Shown piece after piece: positions 42,571 through 54,924 of a stretch of DNA of 64,000 nucleotides. The translations under genes and the position numbers were made by a program. The notes beneath the pieces were generated by a model that had not been told where the DNA came from, ran no database searches, and saw only the letters and a list, made by a program, of their open reading frames with translations. The stretch is taken from the NCBI GenBank assembly GCA_050230475.1, contig JBFLGF010000001.1:124001-188000 (forward strand), written 5' to 3'. Position 1 is the first letter of the stretch. Every line of letters begins with the position of its first letter. Source of the stretch: Ancylonema sp. Lineage: Eukaryota.

Positions 42571-42831
42571 AGAGCGATAGCCCCGTATTTCCGTTGCACA
42601 ACGTTTCTCGTTGGTGTACTGCATTGGTTTTTTGGTTGGTAGGGACATGGCTTCGACGAAAAAAAGGCCGGCAAACATGCAAAAAACGGTCGATAAATCA
42701 AACCAGCAAGGGGATAGCTTTGCCATTAAAAATTGGTTTTTTGGGGGTTTTTTTTTGGGGTTTTTTTTTTTTTTTTTATTTTTTATGATTACAAGTCAGG
42801 CATAACAGAAAGGTCAGGCATAACAACAGTG
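42031..42831. mobile_element. Right terminus of a CACTG-ended (CACTA/CMC-like) DNA transposon; left terminus not found
   Basis: Minus strand begins CACTGTTGTTATGCCTGAC at 42831, with gtcaggcataaca twice. Homology of the adjacent MITE stops exactly at 42832. Confidence 0.55.
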
Positions 42832-43208
42832 AAACATGTCTAAATCTTTACTGTGAAAGTTAATAACCTGGCTATTTTAATGCATAATATTCCGCCCGAA
42901 TTGTTTTTAGCCAAAATGTGACGCGTAAATTAATAACCACTCTAATTTCAAAACAAATTATGGTTCCAACATTGGTCATGTAGACAGGTTTTACTATAGC
43001 GAAAAGATGTTCAAACAGAAGCCGTTTAGATGAGCCACCTCCATTAAAAATATCGACCTGAATTTCACTTTCTCTCGATATAGTGACATTTGCCTATTGT
43101 CGCCCTATGAAATGTCACTATACACTGAATAGTGACAGCCCTAGCATTCGATATAGTGACATTAAATCCCCATGTCTATAAAATTGTCACTATATCGAGA
43201 CTGCACTG
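42832..43208 (-). mobile_element. Truncated relative of the pogo-like MITE at 6823-7379
   Basis: Reverse complement (cagtgcagtctcgatatagtgacaattttatagaca...aggttattaactttcaca...atttagacatgttt) is colinear with 6823-7198. Confidence 0.8.
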
Positions 43209-43522
43209 GACAACCGGAATGAAAATTAAAAACAAAAGAACTCCGCAAAAATACATGTTAACCGCACAACCACCACCGATCCGCCCACCGAAAGACCTCA
43301 GTCCGTCGGTGCCTTTTTTTTTTGAAGGAACGAAGGTGTCGGGTAGGCCAGCTTGGATGTACTGGCGAGATGAATTGGATAAGCCATATCGGTTTCGGCT
43401 ATTTTCGGTGCACCTGCATGTGATCGGTGTAGTTTTCGGGGTTCCAAAACTTGCAGTACGGTAATATAGTAAAGCTGGAGGTATCGCTTTCCTTGCTCTG
43501 CCGGGCTACGTGGTTCCTCGGC

Positions 43523-44757
43523 ATGGACGGGGTCACTGAGCGACGTCTGGCCGCTATCCTACTTGGTGAAGTGGCAAAGCTCAAGCGCCAGGTGGAGGAG
43601 CGTGGTGTGAACGCGTATCTGCATCCGCAGGTTCGCCACCGCCCGAATTCGAGATTTCTGCAGGCAACGGTTAACAATGTACAGCAAGGTATGATGACGG
43701 AGATGGTCAGTTTCTGACAGTTTGTGCTTGGTTGGTGTGTCGGGTTTGATGAGTGATTCATTCATGGTTTGATTCATACCGAAGTGACAACAGAACAGCG
43801 GCTGAACATCAGCCACTTTGTTAACCAGTTAGTAAATCAATGACCAGTTAACCAGTTAGTCAATGAGTCGGGCCCACTTGTTACAGGTGGTATCCGATCT
43901 TGCATGTGTGTGGGACTGGAAAGTTCACCTCCTCGGGAGGAGTTTCCTATATTTGAGCTCTACATGGGAGCTCCGTACGTTTGTTAGTAGAAGCATACAG
44001 AGCAACAGCAACAGCAGTTGGTTACTGCTCTTCCCTGCACATGTGCAGCCAATCGCACGGCGCAGATGGAGGCCATGTGGCGCCGTCATCGGATGGAGGA
44101 AGGTGCGGAGGAGTCAGGGGAAGGCATGGCAAGGGATGTCCCATCAAGTCGAAGCCCGCCAATGGAAGCTAGGGAGAGCATAGAGGAGGGCAGTGAGCCT
44201 CCCGAGGTTCTGGAAGATGGTCTGGACGACAATCTGATGGAGGGTTTCCTGCAGAAGAGGTAAAGGAAGGGGGAAAGAGTATGAGTGGTATGGCGCTCAT
44301 TTTTCTTGGTGTCATACCTGATTCGTTGGGTTCTGTGGGGCTCAGGCAAAAGAGGGGGAAGGGCGCTGTAGGTGCCCGCATGGATGCAGCTGGCCCCTAT
44401 GCAGTCTCTGACTTTTGTATTGACTGCGTGAGGGAGGACTGGGAGGAGGGAGCGGGTGCTCGGGCAGCAAGGCCAATGTTTCCAGCCTTGCCACCTGACA
44501 TGCCACGTGGCACAGGTACTGCCAGGTGGCAGAGAGAGGAGCAGTTGGACGAAGAGGTGGCTGCTCGGAAGGAGAGGAAAAGTTTGCCAGAGGTTTGTGA
44601 GAAGGAAAGGATAAGGAAGGAACGGAAAAGGAAAGAAGAGAAGAGGGAAGGAAAGACGAAAAGGAAGTCGAAAAGGAGAAGCACGTCTCCAACAAGAAAG
44701 AAGCGGCGGAAGGAGAAAAGGAAGAGTGGTCAAGGAGGAGAAAGAGTGTGCTTGTAA
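43523..44757 (+). CDS. Conserved uncharacterised plant nuclear protein (RPNSRFL motif, Lys/Arg-rich tail), 3 exons
   Basis: Exons 43523-43688, 44049-44259 and 44346-44757 splice in frame: RLAAILLGEV..RPNSRFLQATVNNVQQANR..MW, DGLDD..FL, KRGKGAVGARMD..GPY. Confidence 0.82.
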
Positions 44758-46589
44758 TTTGGTTAGACGCCCAACATTGCTGAATTCATTTTTCTGTAGT
44801 TCCCTTTGTAGTATTGTATTGCTCTGTGACATAATGTATACAAATATAACACGTCATCTTTGTTGCAAGGATTGATCGGAATGAACTTCAACTCGATGAG
44901 GTAACAAGCGCGATTCTACCCGAACCACTAAGCGTGCGGTGATATTTGGTGCATATGTGAACGTGCCCAACCTACATCAAAGATCTCAAAAAGTTCTCGT
45001 GACAACGCATATATCGTAACGGCGAGCTCCACTTCCCAACCCATTTTCACAAAATAACATAGTTATTCTTCTCCCATCCCCCTTCACCCAACCCCAAACA
45101 TTCATTATCGTTACACCTCAAAAACCCATTTTATTGAATTGATTTCGTTACCCCACTCTAGCCTTAAATACGTTATTTAGTAGGGAATTAAAGTTGGCAA
45201 ATATTGGTACATGTGTACTCACGTTGTAAGCGTAGACCATTTTTTTTCGCGTCAAAGAGAAATATCATAATGGTGCAATCATAGAAAGTATTACTACCGA
45301 CGGATCCTTTTTCACTGTATTATTTCTCGAGGATTGGGTGCGCATTAGAAACTCGCCATAGTGAGATTTTGAAATTCTGGTTGCTTCTTATTTGGATTTT
45401 ATGCTCATATCGCGAGTGTGTTGGCGGGGATTGCAGAAGGCGAGAAAAATAATTGCACTAATTTTTTTCTCAAGTTTCTAAAATCTTTGTTGTATATGCC
45501 CGTTCAACGGCCGTCTTCTTTGCAAATACTCCGCGTGCGCACCGCCGACCGCCACCGTGTCAACCACGGCATGTCTGGTACGGCTCCCACGTGGCGCACG
45601 TGCACTCTAGTCCGAGCCGACCCGGAATTGATGAGTATTAATTTATTAAAGTTTATAAGAAAAAATGGACTCCTGAGGTAATCTAGATACTCTACAACTT
45701 ATCGATGACTTCGAGATGACGTCATCGACATGCATAAATACGTCAACGTGTTGTTTCCTCATACAAACAACTTCATGGATCTGAAATCGCGTGAATATGC
45801 AAATCGTAATCGGTGGGGACTTCAAAATGCAGTGTGTGTCTCAACACAAGCACAACACCCCAAAGAGCTCCTCATCTGGTTAGTACAAATTTGCTAGATG
45901 AGTGTAGAAAGACAATGGTGTCATATAAATCGAGACGGCGTGAGAGTGCCCATCGCGATTGATTGGGAACCCATTAAATATTTTTAACTTCAATATCGAT
46001 GTATTTCACGCCCGCATCACTGACGTGCGGTTTGGATTCGGCCGCCTGGAATGATGTTATTCACTTGTACTTGTCTCTCAGTTGAGTTTCTTTCCCTTGT
46101 TGTTCTCACAACTTCTTCTGACGGTATTGTTCTCTGAGATTCTGAATGTTGATCATATCTCATTTAGTCACAATCTCGTATCAATGAATGTTGGTAACGT
46201 CTCATAATGTCACAATATGGTATTGTGACATTGCTCTCACTAAGTAGTATTGCAGATTGAGTCTCTGCTAAGATCTCAATATTATATCTATCACACGTCT
46301 CAGCGGTCTAATGAAATTCACTACTTAACGTTGAGGGCAAGCTAACACATGGTTTACAGTATAAAAGTCAGGGAAAATACTATAAAGCAAACAAGATAGT
46401 CAGGTGCAAACTATCAAGGTTAACAGCCGTAAGAGTTATTTTCGGTCCGAAAGTAAAGTATCGACGGCGCGTGGATAAAAGATGATGGCTCAGAACGAGC
46501 GTCAGCAGACAGGTGTAAACAACAAATGCTGGCTCGGAGCGAGCTACAGCAAACACATACACACAAATGAAAGTGCCGGTTCCGAGCAC

Positions 46590-47390
46590 GGTGAACCGCA
46601 AAGTGCCGGCTTGCCAGTCGATGGACGGGTTGTGGCGCTAGAGCCAAGGGTAGCCTAGCACCATGGGGAAGTGGGCGAGGCGGGTGACGTCAAATTGGAG
46701 GGTTGCGGTATGGGAACCACGACATCGCAACAGGCCCTTGTAGAAGTGCGTGATAGGGCCTGCGGAAGGGGCGCTGCCGTCAATGAGCTCCACCTGGATG
46801 GGTGTGGGGTGGGGAATGGTGGCTAGGTGGTGCCGAGCGAGCAGCGTGGGGTCTACGAAGTTTCCGGACGCGCCGCAATCGATGAGGGCGTCGACCGAAA
46901 CGGGGGGAAGAGGGTACTAGAGCAGCTGGACCGAGAGGTACAGGTGGCGGGGCCAAGGGGTTGGGTTGGGGATAGGGTGGGAGGAGGGATGGACCGCGCC
47001 CAGACAGAAATCTCCTAGGACTGTCCGGGGGCATCGTTTTTTGGCTGGTCGGAGGAAGTGTCTAGGAAGCGGACCTGGCGGTCCTGGTTGGCCGGCGTCT
47101 CCGGGCATGTGTCGCGGGTATGGCCAGCGCCACAGTACATGCACAGGTTGTCCTTCTTGCGCCTGGCATATTTTGTGGAATCCAGCTGTAGCCGTTTGCG
47201 CCGGGTGCCATCGAGCTCCATGGGGGTGACTTCTTGGAGGTAGGAGGGGATGGGGGCAGAGGCTTGGTGGTAGGGGGGTGTGTAGGGCTGTTTGCGGGTG
47301 GCAGCATGGATGCGACGGCTGTTGGCCAGGTGGGTTTCGACCATGCCACCAGCCTTCACAAAGGCGGAGAAGGTGGGTTGGGTAGAACGC
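46590..47390 (-). pseudogene. Gypsy (chromovirus-like) gag C-terminus and aspartic protease fragment
   Basis: PMELD..LCMYCGAGHTRDTCP, then in the -1 frame VDALIDCGASGNFVD..MVLGYPWL*RHNPSIDW. Confidence 0.85.
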
Positions 47391-47399
47391 GCCAGTCGA

Positions 47400-49480
47400 T
47401 AGGTCCTCGTTGTAGGATCAGTTCATCCAAATCATCGTTTTATATTTTGGAAATATCATGGGACAGTCGAGTGTCGAAACCCTTTATTGCACTGGTTGGC
47501 AATTGTCCTGGGTATCGAACTTGAAGTTTAGGTAATGTTGCACGAGTGATGTCACGTGCGTCTTGGTCAATGTCACTGTGGGTATATGTACCAATGTTGT
47601 TTCCAGCTTCAAGGTGCATGATAGCGCCACTGCAACTCATGCCACCAAAAGGCTCCCAAATGTGTAGACCATCTTGAGCGCCTTAGGTTGTAAGCGTGCT
47701 GTGTAAGATGGAACAATTGGTACAGCATCACGCATCGGTCTGCCTTTCCATGCGTTCCATTGTGGTAATGGCTGGTTTTGTATCTTGTCGATGACCTTGC
47801 GCAAATAATGTGCACTGTTGATACGCAAGGTTGTAAGTCTGTTGAGTGCATGGTGCTAATTTACTTGTGCCATTGTTCTGGCCGCTGCATTAAGTTTTGG
47901 TCGATGTGCTTGACGAATGTCTGTGTGTTTGGTTGTAGCAAGGTAAACCATGGTATTGGTTTCCCATTCCTCCATATGAGGTTGGTACTCATTGTCGATG
48001 GGTCCATCTAGAAAATGTTGTGGTTTGTGGTATACACCTTCTTCCATGATACGAAACTCAAATTCTGTCAGAATGTCGGTTTTTTTTGTTGAATGCAACA
48101 AGTCCTCGTTTGGAATTTGCATAAATGTGTCACCAGAAGTGTAAGTAACACCTGCATCCATGTATTGACAATGCACCGATGCTGCGTGTGGCAAGGTGTA
48201 TTTGACTGGAATTGAAGCACGGTGTGTACCCTGTTTTTTCTAGTCGACACGGTAGTGAAAATGTTGACTCCATGGATCCGTAATACCTCCTATTGGTTCC
48301 AAGAAAGTACTGCCCAACAAAACGTCGTAGTTGTCGGAAGGTGTCAAATGAAGTTTTGCGTTAACCGAAGTTTGGTTTTTACCATGTCCAATATTGATAG
48401 TGTATGCTTTCTTGGTGGTCCCCAAAGATTGTTGGTATTTGCCATCTGAAGTTACGTATTCTTCTCCAGGATCAAGGTCTTGTGGTGCAAGCCCGAGTTG
48501 TTTGGCAAATTTTGTACCAATGGTCACGTTCTCTGCACCTGAATCGAATATTGGTAGTGAAGGTGTTTCTCCACCAATCGTGAGTGGATTGACTATTGTC
48601 AGCGGTTGGTATATGTATGTTGGTTGTCAATCTAGCGTTGCAAGGAATCACCGGTGGTTTGGTGTTTTGTGGTCCCATTATAGAGAGTGCCATTGGTGGT
48701 TGTGGTATCTCTGCTTGTCGAGGGTAATCATGTGGTGGTGGTATGTCACCCTGAGGTGAGTCAAGTAACGAATTCCGTCGTCGTGGACAGTTGGTCATTG
48801 TATGTCCTGTTTGTCCACAGAAATAACATCGTAGTTCTTTTTCAATGACATTGTATGGTTCTTCAAAATCAGGTCTGTCTAGTGCCTGATGTGTAGCAGA
48901 CTCGAGTGGTATCGAGGTACATGAAGGTGAAAGGTCTGGGTGGTTATCAATGGAATACCCCAGGCTATGTTCGATCTTCGTGACTGTTGTAGTCGTTCGA
49001 AGTTTTGTCATGAGTTTTTCCAATACTCGTTCAAGTTGTTCATCAGAAATGTGAACAGATCCTGCAGAAATGTCTGACTGAGGTGCCATGGCTGTGTAAG
49101 CTGGTGGATCAACTTCCTCAGTCTTAGGCTGCGCGTATCGTGTGAAAGCCAATGAAGCTTTCCACACCTCTTCTGCTTGAAGCAATTGAATGGTGAGATG
49201 ACGAGGGATGTGCTCCTGCCACTCCTGCTTCCTGTATGTTTGTAACATCTAGACGTGTGCCAATGTTTGTTCTCGCATATGAGGTGGTAATAGGTGTACC
49301 ATTTGGTTTTGTTCTTCAATCTGACTCAGAACGAGTCCCAGTTTGTAAAATCGAAAATCTTGTCCCAGATCTGTTGTTATGGAAAGCAGATCTATGATGT
49401 TAATTTGTTCAACATATATTCAATTTTGGATGCTCTTTCTACCCAACGTCCATGATTATAAACGTCAATCATTGAATCGT
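47400..49480 (-). pseudogene. Second, AT-richer LTR-element gag-protease remnant, frameshifted
   Basis: CYFCGQTGHTMTNC knuckle; PIFDSGAENVTIG..FAKQLGL..YDVLLG protease. Confidence 0.75.
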
Positions 49481-51132
49481 AATATGAAAAGTGTATATCG
49501 TCAATGAAGTAGTAGTCAGGAAAGACAAAGGATGTACAAAAAACATTTTCTGGTCATACTATTTGTTTCAAAACTTTTAATTTATCGAAATCAAGGTCGT
49601 CCGCGGTCGGATTGAAGTAGTTTTGCAGATTGAGTCTCTGCTGAGATCTCAATATTATATTTATCACACGTCTCAGCGGTCTGATGAAATTCACTACTTA
49701 ACGCCGAGGGCGAGCTAACAGATGGTTTATAGTACAAAAGTTTGTGAAAATACTATAAAGCAAACAAGATAGTCTGGAGCACACAATCAAGGTTAACAAC
49801 CGTAAGAGTTACTTTCGGTGCGAAAGCAAAGTATCGACGGCGCGTCGATAAAAGATGGAGGCTCAGAAAGAGCGTCAGCAGACAGGTGTAAACGACAAAT
49901 GCTGAATCGGAGCGAGCGACAGCACACACACACACACAATGAAAGTGCCGGTTCGGAGAGAACGCGGGCAAATCGACAAATGTTTAACACACACTCACGC
50001 ACGCTTGCTGGCTCAGAGAGAGCGTCAGCGAATCGATGTAAGAAATTACAGTCGATTAACAAGCTGGCTCAGAAAGAGCGTCAGCAACGGATTCAGATGA
50101 ATCAAATCAAATACACACACACACTGATTGCAAATAATGATTTGCAATCTTACCGGCTGGCTGACGGATGTCAGGTTGAGTCGGAAGACGAGCACGTTGC
50201 GAAGTCGCGTAAGCGAAGGGATGCAATATTCACAGAATTGCAAAGGATTCAGATAACACAGAAGATTGTTGGAAGGGATTTCTTAACAGCGCAATCTGAC
50301 AGCGGACGCTCGCAGATCTGAAAGTACAATTTTACTTTTATCACAAAGTTGTTGCGCGGTGCTAACCGGCAAAGTTAACTAGAGTTAAACTGTCGAAGAT
50401 CACGACAGGCTGGCTTCTAGAACATTACAATTCATCTCGGCGCTCCGATGAAAAACGGCGCGAGATATTACTCTAGTTCTACGGCTGGATTAATCGCCGG
50501 GATTATCGACAAGTCGAAAGAGACTTGTGATTTTAACAAAAATCGACACGCAACTATTTGTTGAAGACTGCTGGATTCTAGACTTCGGAAAATACGCCAC
50601 GCCGGAAGATACGCCACGCGTTATTTTCAAGTCGTACAAATTTCGTACTTCACTATTTTTCTAGCAAAGTACTAATTCTTAAAAAATCGTTATATCGAAT
50701 ACATTAATCTTAGAGGGTTTCTGATAAATCTAGAAGGGTTTCGCCTTAGCGATCTCTAGCGTCATGACACTAAGTCTGTGCTAAGATCTCAATATTATAT
50801 CTATCACACGTCTCAGCGGTCTAATGAAATTCACTACTTAACGTTGAGGGCAAGCTAACACTTGGTTTACAGCATAAAAGTCAGGGAAAATACTATAAAG
50901 CAAACAAGATAGTGTGGTGCAGACTATCAAGGTTAACAGCCGTAAGAGTTACTTTCGGTCCGAAAGTAAAGTACCGACGGCGCGTGGATAAAAGATGCTG
51001 GCTCAGAACGAGCGTCAGCAGACAGGTGTAAACAACAAATGCTGGCTCGGAGCGAGCTACAGCAAACACATACACACAAACACACACAAATGAAAGTGCC
51101 GGTTCGGAGCGAACGCAGGCAAATCGACAAAT

Positions 51133-51253
<121 letters not shown>

Positions 51254-52021
51254 GCTTGTTTGACCAGAGAGAGCGTCAACGAATCGATGTAAAAATTTAC
51301 AGTCGATAGCAAGGCTCGCTCAGAAAGAGCGTCAACAACAGATTCAGATGAATCAGATCAAATACACACACACACAGATTGCAAAGAATGATTTGCAGAA
51401 CTTACCGTCTGGCTGACGGATGTCAGGCTGAGACGAAAGACGAGAACGTTGCGAAGTCGCACAAGCGAAAGGACGCAATATTCACAGAATTGCAAGGATT
51501 CAGATAACACAAAAGATTGTTGGAAGGGATTTCTTAACAGCGCAATCTGACAGCGGAAGTTGGCAGATCTGACAGTACAATTGACTTATATCACAAAAGT
51601 TGTTGCGCGGTGCTAACCGGCAAAGTTAAATAGAGTTAGACTATCGAAGATCACGACAGGCTGGCTTCTATAACATTTCAATTAATCTCGGCGCTACGAT
51701 GAAACAGCGCGAGATATTACTCTAGTTCTACGGCTGGATTTAATCGCCGGGATTATCGACAAGTCGAAAGTGACATGCGATTTTAACAAAAATCGACACG
51801 CAGCTCTAGTTGTTGAAACTACTGGATTCTAGACTTCGGACAATACGCCACGCGTTATTTTCGAGTCGTACAAATTTCGTACTGCACTATTTTTCTAGTA
51901 AAGTACTAATTCTAAAAGTCGTTATATCGAATACTCTCGTTATAGAGGAGTATTAATCTAGAGGGGTTTCTGATCAATCTAGAGAGGTTTCTGCCTTAGC
52001 GATCTCTAGAGTCATGACATC

Positions 52022-54513
52022 ACTCTGTTGCGCTCTATAGGCCACTTTGAGGGGAGCCGGTTCCAACTAGGGGCCGCATCGGACACGGTTCGGAGTTCGT
52101 GCAACTATGCCATACGCGTTGTTATCTATTTTGATAGTGTGTTGACTAATGCGCTCCGGTACCTCATAAAGTGCAGTAAGATGAGACGCCAAATGCACTG
52201 GTTATACCAATATCTTAAGGACAAAAAAATTACTCTCATCGAATGCAACCTCATAGGCCCGTCTTCAACAAATAAGTTTGTGTTAAGTATCAAACGTGGT
52301 ATGAGCCCTGATTCGCCATGTACATGGTGTTTCACTTCTAATTTTATAATTATGTAGTATATTTCAATGTATGTACACATTATGTGGTCGTCATCAATGG
52401 ATTGATGTGGTTGTCGTGATGTCTGATTGACTCCCATTATCGACGCGACAAAACTTGTGATGATCGTAGTCTAACGCAAGAGCATGGATCGATGACATCG
52501 CCACTCTCGCCTACGAAATACAGTCAACGAAATACGAGTGTATGAACAATCCATCACGAATGAGCAACCCAATCATGCGAAATGAATTCAATCCTTTTAG
52601 CGTTCACTTACTCCATGGCGTTGACATCGGTAGGTTTTTGGGTTTTCGGGACTCTTTTCTAAAACCGTGGACACATCTAGCTACAGTTTCTGGATACTAA
52701 TCAGCTTGTCGAAACATCATTTGGGGATATGGTAGTACAAAATGACATCAATGGACCGTGGTTATTATATATTTCTATTCCTTTTAAGGTGAATCCACAA
52801 ACAAAAACTCGTAGGCTTTATCGACCGATGCCCGTTGTGGGGAAGGCGATGCAAGAACTCCGGCAAATAGATCCCTATACATGTAATGTAATAATGAGAA
52901 GATAATCCGCTGGAATATAAACTGTAAATAATGTACTACGGGTTGCGTTAATGGGATTTGGTTATACGGGTTAATAATCAGAGGTGGACAATTTTTTGAG
53001 TCATCGACATTTTTGAGCCATCGGATGACGTCACGGACGTCGGGATACGTCATTGGTTACAAATATAAGACTCAAGTCATGTTTGGATATATTGACATAG
53101 GGGAGGGGACAAGATTGTAGATAAGGGTGATAAGGTATGACGACAAGACGACTAGACAAGCAGCGCCGCCAAATTACGTGCGGTGACTATACCATTCAGA
53201 AATCTTGTAACTCAAGGGATAAAGCCTAGTTTGCAACAACCTCAAAATTTATTTCTTTTCATCCAACACTCGCTTGCACAATCTCGCACGTCTATGAATG
53301 TTTTTTGTAATTCTCCCATGCTTTCTACATCTCGATAGCATTGGAAACTTGCGGTCACGAGCCACCGAAGGATTAGCAATTCTACATTGCTTTGATGAGA
53401 AACGAGAGTGCCGACGTATAGGCAAGGCAAGAAGTGGAAATGCCGACGTACAGGGAAGACGAGAACTGAGTGTGCCGACGAACTCGCAAAGGCTAGAAGC
53501 GGAAGTGACAAGAAGCGTGCGGTTATAAACCGTAATTGATAAAGACGAACGGTGTCGATGAGTCAATTCAATGACAGAATCCGAATAGATCCGCGCCCAT
53601 ATTTTAATCGATGCTCGCACCGATTGAATTGAGAAAAATGCTTTTAGCGTCAACACGCAATACGTAGTACACATTTAAGTAAGCGATATAGGGAAGCATT
53701 GGAAATTTTATGGCAAGAATCATTCGATCATACGTACACAACACAAATACGGATGCATTGAACACGATACTTGGAAGTAACTCACAACTCACTTAGTACT
53801 TGTTACTCATTCAATGGGATTGAAAGAAAAAGAGAGACCTTGAAAAAAAAACAAAAAAAACTAAAAGGGTATTTTTAGGAGACCCTTATGAGAATCTCTT
53901 CGATGTTTTGTAAGAGGATATGAAGCGGCATGTATCAGTAATCGCACGGCACGCAAGTCGTCGATATAAACAAACGAAGATCGACTTACGTAGTTGAGTA
54001 AGTCATTTTTTGTTTGAAATACACATGAGGATGTCCAAAGTCATGTTACCTTATAATCTTTACTTCGAGAATGGTATTGATATTGCAAATGCATTCAAGT
54101 GCACCCTAAACACACACAAGAAGAATACGAAGCCCACATCGTATGAGCAATCAAATCATGTTCGTTGTTTTCTTTTTTTTAATATGCTTCTAATACTTAT
54201 ACTTCTACGTTGTTAGTAAGCTTTGGTAAAGAAAATTTACCGTGTCTCGATATTGAAACATAGAAGACTTCGCCATTATTACGATATCTATTTTTGTTTT
54301 TGTTTCGCAATTTCATTCGCCATAAGTAACGGGCAACCATAAATTTCCATCAATACTCTAATACGATCTTCCCATGTAAATTTTGAGAAAACAATAATGT
54401 ATTTTCCCGCGGAACGATGAAAACTAAAAAACCACCCGATTCGCCGGGTTTCGAACCGGTTCCATCTCGAAACCGGTTCATTTTTATTTTTTTTGCCGGT
54501 CTGTGAAACTATG
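52022..54513. mobile_element. hAT-type element of the 8495-10915 family, rearranged by an inversion
   Basis: One end cgtgcaactatg at 52098-52109 on plus; the other end catagtttcacag starts at 54513 on minus. Both subtermini are homologous to those of 8495-10915. Confidence 0.7.
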
Positions 54514-54924
54514 GCGTATGGAGGAGCACCCCTAGGAATTACCGCGACTAGGAGGAACGTTGTCGCACGCCAATATTGGTAGGCACGAGAGGAGCCATTC
54601 ACGGACTTACATACTACTCATGTGCTCCCATTGCGCAATGTGGGAAGTCATCTCATTAACTTTGGGACATCAACTACATGGGCGCACGAGATTGTGTGGA
54701 CAACTGATTTTCTGAAACACTAACCCGATTAAGCGTCCAATCATTCTTTGGACGTCAATATGACCATCTAAATTTGGACACTATCTTACGACTCATTTGC
54801 ACGGATATGCGAGTTATACCGGACCACTACATGGTCCGGTGTAGAGAAATGACGTCCGCCGTATGGCGTAGATCACACTGTACAAAGTGAGGACAACAAA
54901 ACGAGCAAATCATCCCCAATTTTT

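Noticed and set aside
41727..42682. Overlapping repetitive ORFs and array-like periodicity suggesting a CRISPR array or repeat protein
   Set aside because: Head-to-tail gcag-based units with no unique spacers and no cas genes; fits a subterminal tandem repeat.
44800..46230. Non-coding stretch between the plant gene and the LTR block
   Set aside because: Probably decayed repeat DNA; no termini, ORF or RNA gene could be supported.
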